NCBI GenBank assembly: GCA_965644265.1
Contig: OZ286459.1
Coordinates: 75,206,001-75,270,000, forward strand
Origin: Glycera tridactyla
Lineage: Eukaryota
DNA: 64,000 nt
Direction of reading: 5' to 3'
A model generated the notes under the pieces. That model did not search any database. It had not been told where the DNA came from and saw only the letters and a list, made by a program, of their open reading frames with translations. This document shows, in pieces, positions 1 through 13,389 of the stretch. Each line of letters begins with the position of its first letter. Position 1 is the first letter of the stretch. The translations under genes were made by a program, and so were the position numbers.

Positions 1-206
1 ATGCATACTGATCCCAGTATAGTTGCCAACAGAGTTAGTGCCATTATGGGTCATCCATCATTCCGGCTCCCCAATCCCCTCCCCCCATCTCACTCTGTCA
101 CACACATACACACTCAACATACGAACAAACCACAAAAATACACTTATACTACCACTGGTTCTTCTATAAAGCTATCACTACCAAAATTACAACTACCCCC
201 ACAACC

Positions 207-216
207 ATCACCACCA

Positions 217-274
<58 letters not shown>

Positions 275-445
275 CGCCAACACCAACACCAACACCACAA
301 ATACTACTATCACCATTGTTACTATTACTATTATCATTACTATGATTATCATCCATAACTATTATCATCATCACCATTATTATCATCATTGATAATACGG
401 TTCTAGCACTACCAGCTGCTGTTGTTGTTGCTGCTGCTGCCACTG
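207..445. repeat. Trinucleotide microsatellite/low-complexity tract ((ACT)n, (CAT/TAT)n, (GTT/GCT)n)
   Basis: Pure (ACT)n at about 216-272 with degenerate trinucleotide flanks; explains the poly-L, poly-S and poly-V ORFs in the track. Confidence 0.95.
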
Positions 446-463
446 CTGCTACTAATACTATTA

Positions 464-639
464 CAGTAAAACCTGTCTTGGGAGACTGCCCCAAACGCCA
501 ACAAAAAGTGGTCTCAAGACAGGTGGTCTCTCATTGGAGGTATATTTGACTATGTCAAATAGAGAAAAACCGATAAAGAGTGGTCTCCCATTAGAGGGTG
601 GTCTCCCAAAAGAGGGGTCTCCCAAGACAGGTTTCACTG
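464..639. mobile_element. pogo/Tigger-like MITE, family B2
   Basis: TA flanks on both sides; TIRs cagtaaaacctgtcttgggagac / gtctcccaagacaggtttcactg; internal palindrome tatttgac-tat-gtcaaata. Related to 53345-53566. Confidence 0.92.
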
Positions 640-1383
640 TATCATCATCATTACTATCATTATGAACATTACCAATAATAATAATAATAACACATAAAAT
701 ACTGGACCTATACCACTTATCGGCAATACATTCAATGATACTGTAAACAACATGCGGAAAGAAACGATTCATAGTTCACAAAGGCAGTGATAACTACAAC
801 AAGGCAGCTCCAAGTATGACTCAACTTCTCGAATGGAGCCAAACTTTCGAGCCAAGGATATGAATTGAGTTTCATTTTAGAGCCACAATTTGTTGCAGAC
901 TCTATGCATACAATAGTTTGAGAATATTGTGATGGCTGCCTCCATTCGTGATTGACTGTGCCGAGTATTTGAGCAGTTCCGGCTGCCATTAATCCCTAAT
1001 GACGGATAATGCCCACTGTGTTCCTGCTGATAGTCCAGCGCTCAACATTCATATTCCACGCAGCTCCCCACTTTGATTCAATCCAGGTGACCATGTAACC
1101 CACACACTGCTACATCCCTCCACATCCCTCGAAATAACAGTCAGCTTGACAACTTCAGCACTAGCATCAGGCTCAACAGGACATTCCTTCTGTATTTATG
1201 AAGTGCTAACCATTGTTTTGAAGTAATTTGTGATGTGAAATGGTGAAATTCTGGCTTAAGCTGGTAGTGATTCACCTGAAATCATAGGATCCGATACCAA
1301 GCAGAGATGATTGTTCAACATGAGAAAAAATGTTTGTGAAACCAACCCATACTAAATTGACAAGTGAGAACGATCAATATCAT

Positions 1384-1628
1384 NNNNNNNNNNNNNNNNN
1401 NNNNNNNNNNNNNNNNNNNNNNNNNNNNNNNNNNNNNNNNNNNNNNNNNNNNNNNNNNNNNNNNNNNNNNNNNNNNNNNNNNNNNNNNNNNNNNNNNNNN
1501 NNNNNNNNNNNNNNNNNNNNNNNNNNNNNNNNNNNNNNNNNNNNNNNNNNNNNNNNNNNNNNNNNNNNNNNNNNNNNNNNNNNNNNNNNNNNNNNNNNNN
1601 NNNNNNNNNNNNNNNNNNNNNNNNNNNN
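1384..1628. other. Assembly gap (N run); further gaps at 16102-16337, 29062-29320 and 41856-41984
   Basis: Runs of n. ORFs containing X that cross these gaps are artefacts. Confidence 1.
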
Positions 1629-2227
1629 AAAGCAAGAGAGAGAGAGCAGGCTTTAAGATTGTGATGGAGAGAAGGAAAGGAAGGAGGGGGAAGAGGGAGG
1701 AGTAAGAGCAAGAGAGAGAGTGAATGAGGGAAAGCGATGGCAAAGACGAAACACGAGCAGTTGCGAATGTGGATCTTAATGAACATGAGGCTCCGGAATG
1801 AGTATCAAGAAAATCAATGATGAAAAATTATGCCAACACATCCGGGTTATGATATAATGGCAAGGTTGGATTTGTCATCAGTGCAATATAACCTCGAGAT
1901 TACAGGTCTTCAAAAGTCAAACACTTGAAAAGATAAGACCTGGGGGAACCACAGATGTTAGGGAGGTGTATGCACCATTGATACATGGATATGTCCAGAA
2001 AGAAGCATGACAGAGTGCTACACAACAAAATAACTGGATGAATAGTTGAATGTATGGAGATAATCTTTGCTATTGACTTTCACAGAGTTACAGAGAATTT
2101 ATCCAAGGTCAAAACCACATTTGACTCTTGTATTATGACCACATTGTTACAGAATTAACCTCATATTCATACCATGGTAGTATTCTTTTAGCTTGCCACA
2201 AATATCTAGATGATTAAAACCCAAGTA

Positions 2228-2387
2228 CAGTCAAACCTGTCTATAAAGACTGCCTTTCGTCGCATCAAAAAGTGGTCTTTATAGAGAGGTCATTTACTGT
2301 TGAAAATACTACCATGGTCTCAGCTCAAGTGGTCTTTATAGAGAGGTGGTCTTTATAGAGAGGTGGTCTTTAGAGCAGGTTCGACTG
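2228..2387. mobile_element. pogo/Tigger-like MITE, family A
   Basis: ta|cagtcaaacctgtctataaagac ... gagcaggttcgactg|ta; repeated aggtggtctttata motif. Confidence 0.92.
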
Positions 2388-4226
2388 TATCTGTAAAAAT
2401 GTTTTATGGTCATGGATCAATTTCTCACAGATGACCAATGAAAACATCGCCCAATATATCCTACACTACCTATCATTGTGGATATAAACCAATAGAGTAT
2501 AATGGCAAAATCATCCTGATTTCTTCAAATCATGAAGCAATGTGAAAGCATTATGTGATGGCAGTTTAGCTCCAATGAATGTTGCCTGGTGTCAGGTGAC
2601 CCCCTCGGCCAATCAGAAAATAGCTTTCATTTGCCATTATGACAGTTGGGGGCCCTTCCAACACTCATGACAAGATCTCATGCCATTTCTAAATATATCA
2701 CAATCGCTAGAAAGTTTGCCCTGCAATGTTATTCACTGACGATATCATCAGAGTGCAGCTCTTCCATATACATATCTCTATTACATAGATAGTGGGAGGT
2801 GCATCAATAGATGGGCACCACTTTCGCAAGTTCATGTAATATTGCTCACATGGCTGTCATCAGGTATGCAGGTAAAATACTGGAATCCTGCAGTCACTTG
2901 CAAATATCTGTCCACATTCCTGCAAAGTCAAGTATGGGAAGGAAGTACAGTGAAACCTGTGATGAGAGACCACTCCAAATGCCACCATGGACTATGTCAA
3001 ACAGAAATTGACCCAAAACAAATAGTCTTTCATGGGGGGGGGGGTAGATCGCCGCAATATATATCTCTATCGCAGCTAACCTTAGACTAAAGATGCCTAA
3101 CTGATTTAATTGACAAGATCGACTCGAGAGTGTTTTTCAATGATGTAGAATCAATTTTGGTCAAATCATTTTGAAAAGACTGTGGACAACTGATTCACAG
3201 CCATGATATTCTGATTTTTGGATTCTACGTTTCTTTCATAATTCGAATCACAGATGTACAGGACTACTGACAATGACAAGATACCCTGAGAGACCATCTG
3301 TGTTGGGAGACCACTTCTCATACGCTGCGTTCACCTTCAACAAAAAAGTACTTATTTTGCCTTTATTTGTGATTTGGTTACGTGTCCAAGCACAACATAC
3401 ATGGTTGAACAGGTGATCATTGCCCAGGTGATCAGGTAACCTCTAGGCATCACTGGTCAAGGTGGAATTTCATCAGGACCTCCAAGGTTCTCTTTTATTT
3501 GTCTTTTGAGGTGGTTTCCTGCCATAGATTTCATTGCATTTGACATAGAGGGATGAATACTCAGTTCTTCTATCAGTCATAGGGGGGTATATGTATGGAT
3601 GAAGTTAACAATGGAATAGGAGATGGCAGTAAGTGATGCAGATATTCCCCGGGGTGTACTTGTGACTATTCACTAGTTATTTATCCCCCGCTGATGATAC
3701 TTATCCAGCTAACTCAATAACTGCAGCATCCACTGATCCATAATTGATAACTGCCCTCTTCTCTATCACTATCTGGCGGAACTATAGCGAATACTAAGAA
3801 TGAATGTGGAGTAATCCCGAAGTCTATCCCTTTCAGAAGGGAAGCAGCCATAAATATGCGATTTTCCCAAATATGGCTAATGATGGCAATTCTCTGGTCA
3901 GAGAAGCCAATATTCAGATATGAACACCAATTATTTCTATCAGTGTCAGCACCAGATATTTTGGTCTAGTGGCAAGGCAAAATATTAAGACTCATTGACA
4001 GATCATCCCACTACATCATTATGTGAACCCTGCCTTGAAGGCGATTTAGCATCATCATGATACATTCACAACAAAAAAGTGCAAACGAGACCTGTGGATT
4101 GGAATAGAAGGAAACTGATCACAAAAGGAACTCACTTCCCTGAAGAGAATCCATGATGAATGACTACGTCTGTTGAGCAGGCTGGCCACTAACCCAAACA
4201 TGGACAAGCACTGTAGGAATAATGTA

Positions 4227-4579
4227 TAGTGACACCAGTCTATAGAGGCCACCTTATATTGCATCAAAAGGTGGCTTTTGTAGGTAGGTGGCCACTATAG
4301 AGGTCATTTAATCTTGAAAATACAGTTAAACCTGACAAGAAACCTCCTGACGAGAGACCACCTCCACCAGGAGACTGCTTTTTCATGACAGCTATTCTAT
4401 TTGACATAGTCAAATATACATTCGACGAGAGACCACCTCTTTTGAGAAACTGCTTTTTGGTGACATTTAGGGCGGTCTCCCATTGCAGGTTTCACTGTAA
4501 TATCATGGTAGCAGCTCAGGGTGGCTTTTATAGGCAGGTGGCCTTTATAGAGAGGTGGTTAGTTGAGCAGGTTCAATTG
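4227..4579. mobile_element. Old family A MITE interrupted by a nested family B MITE
   Basis: Degenerate family A halves at 4227-4320 and 4500-4579 flank a family B element inserted at the TA of the family A motif gaaaaTActaccatgg. Confidence 0.8.
4323..4497. mobile_element. pogo/Tigger-like MITE, family B (nested)
   Basis: ta|cagttaaacctg ... caggtttcactg|ta; internal tatttgacatagtcaaata. Confidence 0.9.
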
Positions 4580-5192
4580 AACTTCAAAATGGGATGGGTA
4601 CCAGTCTTCATTTCTGTACAGGTTGCAGGAGTCAGCACATCAGCAGCCTCAATCACTGAGGCCAGTAGCTGGAAGTTAGTGCCAGTATCACACATATACA
4701 CAGCCATCTCAGCCTGCAGCACAGGAGGCCAACACACCTGCACCACTGAGGATGCCAAAATGGCATCTTAAACAAATAAATAAGCACCATTCTACATGGC
4801 TTCAACCACCTGCTTCTCAGACATGTGAAAACAAGCACAACTTTTGATGTTTCAACCGGGGTAAAGATGAGGATATATATGAGTCAATATGAATGATTCA
4901 TAGTTCACTAAGGCAGTGAAATGAATATACAGGATGAAAATCAAGAGAGTGTATAGGGGGGTGGTGATGCTATGATTTATCAAACACTAGGGTGCCATCC
5001 CATACTGCTTCATTTTTAGAGCAAACTTTGGCTCATGAGTATTTCTGCATCAATGATACCTCTATTTGAAGACAGCTATAGACCAGTGCTATAAGTGTAT
5101 GCTAACCAAAAAGCCTCAATATCTTGAGCTGAATACTTAGTATTCATGTATAAATGATGAAATGCACGTTTGCAGTTTCATCCTCACTTACA

Positions 5193-6349
5193 CAGTCTTC
5201 ACGAAAAACTTTTTCAGCCACTCTCCCATGGGGAGAGCAGATTGGAAAAATCACTCTCCCGAAAATAAATTCACTCTCCCGAATTTGTTCAAAAAGCGCA
5301 AGTAAACCTAGCTTAAACTAGAGGCAAGACATATCTGTGAGTGGATGCCTCATCATGATGTGAATTCCAACTTATCCCTTATTTGACTCACTAACCAAGT
5401 AACACCAACCCATTTTCGCTCAAACACCTTCTTCAGAATCAAACATGTGCAGGTATATGAGAGGTCATCTTGGAGGGAGTAAGTCTTTTGTTTTAGGAGT
5501 CAAACCTATTTTGTTGTGTCTTCACAGAAATTTCATAACTTCCCGATCAACTGAAAAATTTACACTCTGCCATCGGGAGAATGTGTTTGGTCATTTAACT
5601 CTCCCAAAACCAAATTCACTCTCCCCGGGATTCGGGAGAGTGGCTAAATTCGAAGACTGCTTACATAGCTGTAGTGGTTAGAAGAGTCAGCAGCATGTGA
5701 TACTGGGGGAAGACTATCCAAACAACAATATATGGAAAGGCAAGAGCTTGGAAACAAAACAAACAGTCAGGCTTATTTATCTGTTGTGTTGTCTTCACAA
5801 CATAACCTGACCCCATGCCAAATGGACTGCAGGGCCAAGGGTCATGCAAGGGTGAGGCCACAATCCTGAATTCTGGAGAGAGTGAATCTAATTTCTGGAG
5901 AGTGGAAAGAAGGAAATCGCTCTCCTGATGGGGAAAACAATCGTAGAGAAATCACACACTTTGCAGTTGAATTCAACTCTCCTTTATTTTGCTGATGGAG
6001 AAGTAATTTTTTTCAGTTGACGAGAAAGTGGCGGATTTACTGTAAAGACAGAATGCCATTATTCTGACTCAACCAATAACAAACCCTATTCCACATGAGA
6101 TCGCTTTGCATAGACATATGCATATATATGACTGCAATGAAATTCCCTCATATGGTGATGCGAATTTAAAATTCATTAAGGCATTTTATTCAAAATAATA
6201 TCTTGCACCCAAGATGGAATAGTTTCAGCCAGTTTTCCCTCTTCAAATTTGCACAAATTTGGGAGAGTGAAGTTATTTTTGGGAGAGCGATTCTGCCAAT
6301 CTTATCTCATGATGAGAGAGTAGTTGAAAATGTTTTTTTGTGAAGACTG
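5193..6349. mobile_element. ~1.16-kb non-autonomous DNA transposon (hAT-like) with ctctccc/gggagag subterminal repeats
   Basis: TIR cagtcttcac(g)aaaaa / ttttttgtgaagactg; many ctctccc copies on the left and gggagag copies on the right; homologous partial copy at about 56047-56507. No clear TSD. Confidence 0.75.
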
Positions 6350-9082
6350 GGATACCATTTTCAAGTCATTTTAAAAGTCAGTTTCAAGTCAGTTTTCAAC
6401 ACACACAGCTTGATGACCAGGGGTGGGCTCATTTATTATTTTACCTATTATTTCAAAAATCAGTTGTCAAACCAATGATAGCTTGATTTCAATGAATATC
6501 TATATCATCATTTGGAAAGGAGAATTCAGTAGAGTGAGGCTCACAATCACTCCCTCTGATGGCAGACCTATTTTTCGGGGCAGCTTGCTATCTGACACAG
6601 TCAAATATGCTTCTGACAAGAGACCACATATTTTGACTGACCACTTTCTGGGTACATTTAGGGTGGGACCATGTCCATTTTATCATTCATTCAGCCTATC
6701 TTAGTAAGAACTCAGTTCTGATTATATTTCATGATGATCTCACTCTGCTTCCTATTATCCTGGACAAATTCTGAGTATGTTTTCACTGATCAGTGAGTAA
6801 TTACTAGGCTCAAGTCTGTTGATGACTAAAAACCTACAACCAAAGAGAATAGCATCATTTGCAATTTGATTCCCATCTCTGATTTCAGTTAAGCTGGAAA
6901 ATTATATGTGTGAGCATCTTAATGAAATTGGGGTATAGAATGGTATAAACGTATCTTGTTTGATTATCCCCAGGTGAGAAATGGAAAAGCAACAAAGCAA
7001 AGCTAATATGACACCCCACAAGTGTCTATTTCAGTCAGAGAGATCTGTATTCAAGATAGCGCCAAAATACTGGATCTATTTCAGCTATCACAAGTGTAAG
7101 TATCAGTACCTCAGTAAATATTTACCCTGTCCAATCAGAGGTCATGCTCGTTCACCTTGAGCCCCAGTCTGGTCCCCTAGGACCAGATCCACACATAGCA
7201 GAACATCAATAACAACATGGTACCAGTCAGTGGTTACCATGACGATGAGATATAAGAGGTCAGATATATCCCAATATAAACTCACTGCCTCTGTGCATCC
7301 AGGGGCGTATCTATTCTTGGACAGAGCAGACAAAATACCATGGGGATAAGAATAAGTCTAACTTTGAACTATGAATGTTTCAGCTGAAAAAGTAGAAATG
7401 CCACTACCGGATTAATTGATTATGACCTGTTTCAAAATAATCTGCTGGGCCAGTGTTGTATAGAAAATCAGGGACTTCATATCAAAATTATCCTTCTCAA
7501 TCACCTGAAGGAAAAAAATGAATATTTCCCAACCATCTCCAATTTGGTGAAAACTATCAGTATTCTCTCTTCATCTCAGCAATTTATCAACTGCTCCTCT
7601 GCCCGCTACATTGGTTTCAACTCTGTTAAAAGCCAACACCATCTCTAAAGTTAGCTGCAGAGAATAATCTTCTGGTGGCAACTATTGGAAATGACTGTTC
7701 CTCTTCCTTTCCTTGATGACTGATACAATAATTTGGTCTAAATCTCTGATACATAGGTAAAACCTTTCATACTAAGAGATGAAAGTTGCTATCACAAACA
7801 ATATCTTAAAGTCTCAATCATAAAATTGTCATTACGATCACAATATCTGAAAATAAGGGCTATTGATGCCAAATATCTGATATCAGATAGTTATCTGAAA
7901 ACTTTCATCAGTGATAATGCTGAAAATTGATAAGCCCTGATGAAGATTTCTCAGTAAATCAGAGGATTAAATAGCTGATTCTGTACTACCTGTATGTAAT
8001 TCAAGCATATGAGGTACAATGAAATTTCTGTACTTCATTAATATACATATGATGATCAGAATGACTTGTCAATATGGATATATTGACTGGAGAAAAGCAC
8101 TTGAAATTATGTTCCATATTTACACAGATTTCGAATGTAGTGATATAAACAGGAAGTGGAAGTCAGTAGACTGCAAGTGCCACCTTGTGTCATTAGATTG
8201 AGATACCCTGGCTGTTATATACTGGGGAGCAGTATTCCCCACCTCTTTACCAGTATGAAAAGCTGGCAAGAAGAGTGTATAAATATCAGGATCATCATGG
8301 ATGCCCTGCATATTATCAGGATATAATCATATCATCTCCTCGTTATCAATCAACTTGTCCGAATCATCTCTGATTAATACAGGTGGTCTACCGTTATCAG
8401 CTGTTCTGAGCAGCATGAAGTATCAACAGTTCTGATGAAATATATAAACAGGGGTTGGCTTTTGCATTTTCTACATTTCCATATTGTGCTACCAACTCTG
8501 ATGAGAAAAATACATGGTAAACAATATGATTGAGAGTAGATAAAACAGAAATAAATGCATATAGCAAAATATACAATCATATCACAATTCTACTTACAAA
8601 CATTAAACAAGATATTGCTAAGGATGCATTATCGCAAATTTTTGCGTCATGAGCGATACAAAATATGATTCCGATTTCTATTTGGATGAATGTATTTATT
8701 TCGGGATCAGGACTGAAGTGTGTCACTTCATTTTCATTAAATAATTTGGTTATCATGTCATTTGGTTATCATGCCATAAGCCTCCTTTACCAGGAAATCT
8801 TCTTTCTTTATTTATCCATTTCATGCTTAACATTGAAGCAATCCACCAGATTCAGGCAGGCAGGGTATATGAAATTCACATGCATAATAGATGGGTGAAT
8901 AACTATGGTCAAGACTTGCAATGGATGAACATTACAGGCTGGATTATTAGAAGGGGAAAGGGAAATTCTTCAGTTTATAATATCCTCGTATCACGGTACC
9001 CTTGTCATCCTTTCCTATCTAATAAGCAGCAGTTTCTGAAGTCAAATCACACTTGTAATCACTAACTTGAAAGAACAAAATA

Positions 9083-9240
9083 CAGTTGAACATGCTTGAT
9101 AGACCACCTTCTATGAAAGGCCACCCTGCGCAGCAACTGTGATAGTATTTTCAATCTGAAATGACTTCTCTGAAGGCCACCTACCCATAAAGGCCACTTT
9201 TGATGCATCCAAAGTGGGCCTTTACAGACAGATTTGACTG
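9083..9240. mobile_element. Degenerate family A MITE
   Basis: ta|cagttgaacatgc ... cagatttgactg|ta with (a/g)accacc motifs. Confidence 0.8.
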
Positions 9241-11731
9241 TACTGAGTTCAAAAAGGACAATCGACAGCATTGGTTCACTGACATGATGACAGGATCAGG
9301 GGTAGAGAGAGCTGCAGAGGATAGAGAAGGCATTGTTGGTGCCAACTGCCAGCAACACATGCTAGTAGATTAGTTCTGAGAATAAATAGCTGCCCGAGGG
9401 ACCCCGGATAGCCCTGTCACTGTCAGGGCCCAGGAATCCATGGAATAAATCCACTCTATATTGTATTGTCACTGATATATGTGTGGATAATATGTAGGAG
9501 TAAATTCTATGGTGTTACATTCTTCTGAGGAATCCATCATAAAAGCTACAATTAATACCAGCATTGAACTCCTGCTAGCTTCGACAACACTCAAGGATGG
9601 TCTTGTGGGGAAAAATGAGAAGTCACTGAAGTATTATGATGCAACTGGGAAGGAATTCACTTTACACTATTATTAAGGATTCAATATGAAATTAACAGCA
9701 CAGTGCTTGTATGTGACCCTCGATGAGTGACCAGAGATCAGTAAGAGTGAGCTCATGAATTGTTTCTCTCATAGACTTGGATACACTTATTCGATTACGT
9801 CCAGGACAGATTCGATGGTGGATGATTGCAAAGATGACCTTGCCGCCTTCTCCTGTCCTGAAAGTCCTAAGAAGTTATCACTCACATGCGGGTTCAGTGA
9901 GTCTATGTGAATTAAATGAACTCTTGCCTCAACCAGACTGGAATGTATATTAAATTTTGTTTACACCATCAGGATTACCGCATAAGATGAAGCGACAAAT
10001 TCCAAGGATTTTCAGAGCATTAAAAGGATAACTAACTAATTCCCCAGGGGTAAATCTGTCAGATTTCCAGGGCAAATTCTTAGGATTTGCAGATTCCGTT
10101 CCATGCTTCAACTACAAGATGACATGTGAAAATGGTGAATAATTATGAACTCAATTTTCCAGTGAGTTTCCAGATCGATAGGGCTTTACTGAGAGCTGGG
10201 AACACACCTGATGACAGCCATGTGACGTCAAGAAAAAAGTGACGCCAATTATCTCAAACATGGATCAATATAACCAAAAGCATGGATGAATGACGAGAGA
10301 GTAGTAATGCCAGTTTCAAAGAGTAGCAGTGCCAGTATGTGCAATGGACTAAGATAGATTTTCATTTTGTAGAATAGCATCAGCTGTAAAATTCAAGAAT
10401 TTTGGCCTGAGAAAGTAGTAGCCCCTACTTCAAAATTGTAGCGGTTGGCATCCCTGACAAATACATCATAAAAAGGAATAAAATTTACTGCTTGGTGAAA
10501 TCATTGAGGCCTTGGACACACATCAGAGAAAAAGCCTAAATATAGAGACACTAGAGGTAAATGACCTGGAAGAAAAATCTATCATTGATTGAAATCATAG
10601 TGTTTGCCATCAGTTATCATGTCAACTGTACATTAAAACTAGTGACAAGAATCAATATGTACACTGGAAAATTTGCTTTATTGCATAACGAACTCCCGGG
10701 TCAAAGTCAATCATCCAGAAATGTAGTCTCTAACTGACAATTTTACCTCTTTTACAGATGCTCTTCAATATCCAGCTCCCTGTTAACCTTTCAAAAGGAT
10801 GAATATAACACTGATTGAAACCACCTGATTGGTATGAAATTTTCTTTGGCACTGGCATCATGAGAATACATCAATACCTACAATTTTATTTTACTGAGGG
10901 TGGTCATCATCACAGGTTTTGCTGCACTCCTTGTACTTCGAGTTTTACCATGTTGTTAGGTATTCGATATTGAACCGAAATGAAAGAGGCCAAAGTTGGT
11001 GAACTACATACATACTTCAATGAGGGATCAAAGGAGTACATCACCCAAAAACAGTAAAGGGCTTTTGGTTGTATTTTTGGATCGGTGATAAACTGAGTAC
11101 AGCCTGCAAAAAAATGCCTTCAAAATTGATAATTTCTGCTCTTTGACCAATAATTTGTTGATTATATCGTCAATCCATTCTTGCTGTAATCAAGCCATCA
11201 CCAAGATTTAAAACTGGAGTGAGAGGTGGAGTTGAGTTGACCCAGACAGAATTAGCATATGAGAAGTTATGGAATGGGTCGTAGGCCACAACAAAGGAGA
11301 TATTCATACCTGCAACTGTATTGGACAGATGTAATTGAAGACGAATGATTGATCTATCAAGCAACCAATCACTGTGATCAATACAAATTGTTCTGTCGAT
11401 ATTGGCTACCCGTTCAAAATGAAATGAAGCACAGAAAAACCAATGCCTCCATTCTTAAACGAGAATTTTTTCCCACAGGATGTTTCAATTCTAGGGCACT
11501 ATTTCAACCTCCTAAATGAGAGAGTTGGGAGTTAATCCATCAATTATATTACCAGCACTAGCAGCGATGGTGTTTTCCACATTCATTCCATATTTTGCAA
11601 TGCTCTGACCGGGATATCAGGATCTATGGCATTCAATAGTATGTGATTGACCAAATGACCCACTGGATGGAGTTCTCCCGTCACCAAACTGCAGTAGAAC
11701 CACATCAGTGCTGGACTGATGGGCTTGACTA

Positions 11732-11900
11732 CAGTAAAACCTGCCTTAAGTGAAAAGTCACGGGACCAAATTTTTATTCCACTTAAGACAGGATTTTGCT
11801 TAGCGCAGGACAATTATAGTGAGAAAAAACATCCGGGCAGACCGTGGGGTATGTGCTTAAGACAGGATTTTGCAGGTTTACACTCAAGCAGGTTTTACTG
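11732..11900. mobile_element. pogo/Tigger-like MITE, family D
   Basis: ta|cagtaaaacctgccttaagtg ... caggttttactg|ta; near-identical inverted copy at 24461-24637. Confidence 0.93.
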
Positions 11901-12289
11901 TACATGTTTTGGAGATGATAATGCCATTAGAAAATGGGGATAGAGGAAAAACTGAGCCAGTGGGGCACTACATAAAGATATGCATGAAAATACTTCCAGT
12001 GTGTATGTTACCAATATTTTTCCTGCACTACTTATATTTGGCGCAGCTTCCGAGGAATGAATTTGCCTCAAGATCAGTCTGATCACCTTATAATCAATCT
12101 GTTTTATTTCGAAGACTAACCCTCAGCCTCCTTGAGATTCCAATGTAGGTTGTATTCATCCGAAGTTAGATAATAATGGTTATAATCGTGACCAAGCTGC
12201 ATGCATGTTTGAACCAAGCTATGCCTTCAAGCTAAACATCAAGCTTCTTTCATCATGATTCAGTGCCCATTTTGTTTACTATCCTACTA

Positions 12290-12695
12290 CAGTCAAACCT
12301 GCATGAGCGGCCACCTGTGTATAGCGGCCACTCGCCAACAGCGGCCACTCTCTACCGTGACCGTCAAAATTTCACTATAAATTACCTCCGCGTAGCGGCC
12401 AACCCCTGACTGCGGCCAGCGGCCACCATATTTGACTAACTTTCTAAGGAAACCCTGTCAATAGTGGCCATCCACATTCAAAATTGTCGATTGCAATTGG
12501 TCATCTAAGAAGGGGACAGGGCGATAGAACAAAGAAAACCATGTTGACAACTGGTGGAGAAGCCCATTCGCGGCTTATCCCAGCTATTGTTATTTGGTAT
12601 GTTTGCGACTGGCAGCCCTGTGTATAACGGCCAGACCCCGACAGCGGCCACTTCCAGCCGCGACCGTCAGTGGCCATTATGAGCAGGTTAGACTG
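12290..12695. mobile_element. pogo/Tigger-like MITE, family E (gcggccac repeats)
   Basis: ta|cagtcaaacctgcatgagcggccac ... gagcaggttagactg|ta; CpG-rich, with gcggccac on the left and gtggcc(g)c on the right. Confidence 0.9.
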
Positions 12696-13032
12696 TACTT
12701 GTAGTTTTCTTATCACCCAATGATGATGCACATTGAGTTATGGATTGAGAAGCTGTCCTGAAATGTGGTCTCTCAGGGGAGATTGGTCTCACATTGGGGT
12801 GTCTCTCTACACTTGGGTTGTGACATGAAAAAGAGATGTTCAATACGTGGGCCAATCTAAAACAGGAGGAAATGACAAAGTGTCATGAGAATCCAATAGT
12901 ATTGTGCCTACTAAAGAAGAAAAAATTGAAGTCAACTGTCAAAAAGCTTTTAGTGAATGCAAATTTCAATGCCTCAATGCATGCTAAAGTGATCGAATAT
13001 GGACATTAACCTTCTTCATAAATTTTGATATG

Positions 13033-13180
13033 CAGTGAAACCTGTGACGAGAAACTGTCCTGAATGTTACCAAAAAGCGGTCTCTCAAAAGAGGTGATCA
13101 CTCATCAGAAGTATAATTAATTATGTCAAATAGAAGAACTGCCCTAAAAAAGCAGTCTCCCATGGAGGTGGTCTCAGGGG
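13033..13180. mobile_element. Truncated family B MITE
   Basis: Left TIR cagtgaaacctgtgacgag and internal homology to 58406-58581; right end missing. Confidence 0.7.
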
Positions 13181-13211
13181 CAAACAGCATATGGCCCATT
13201 ATCTTGATATA

Positions 13212-13389
13212 CAGTTGAACCTGCTCTAAAGACCCCCTCTCTATAAAGACCACCTGCCTATAAAGACTGCCCTGAGCTGCGATCGTGAAGGTATTTTCAA
13301 CAGTGAATGACCTCTCTATAAAGACCACCTGCCTATAAAGACCACTTTCTGATGCGACCAAAGGCGGTCTTTATAGACAGGTTCAACTG
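13212..13389. mobile_element. Family A MITE
   Basis: ta|cagttgaacctgctc ... gacaggttcaactg|ta; multiple ataaagaccacct units. Confidence 0.92.

Noticed and set aside
1-494. ORFs with poly-L, poly-S and poly-V
   Set aside because: Translations of a trinucleotide microsatellite.
732-1190. FN3-like peptide (GCSSVWVTWSP) and adjacent 85-aa ORF
   Set aside because: In-frame stops, no coherent splice sites, and the resemblance is too short to trust.
3820-3870. PFRREAA resembling tyrosine-recombinase HSFRRGAA
   Set aside because: Catalytic His absent and no other DIRS or YR motifs nearby.
9295-9375. AAEDREGIVGAN resembling an RTE LINE C-terminus
   Set aside because: Conserved W-R missing and no upstream RT similarity visible.
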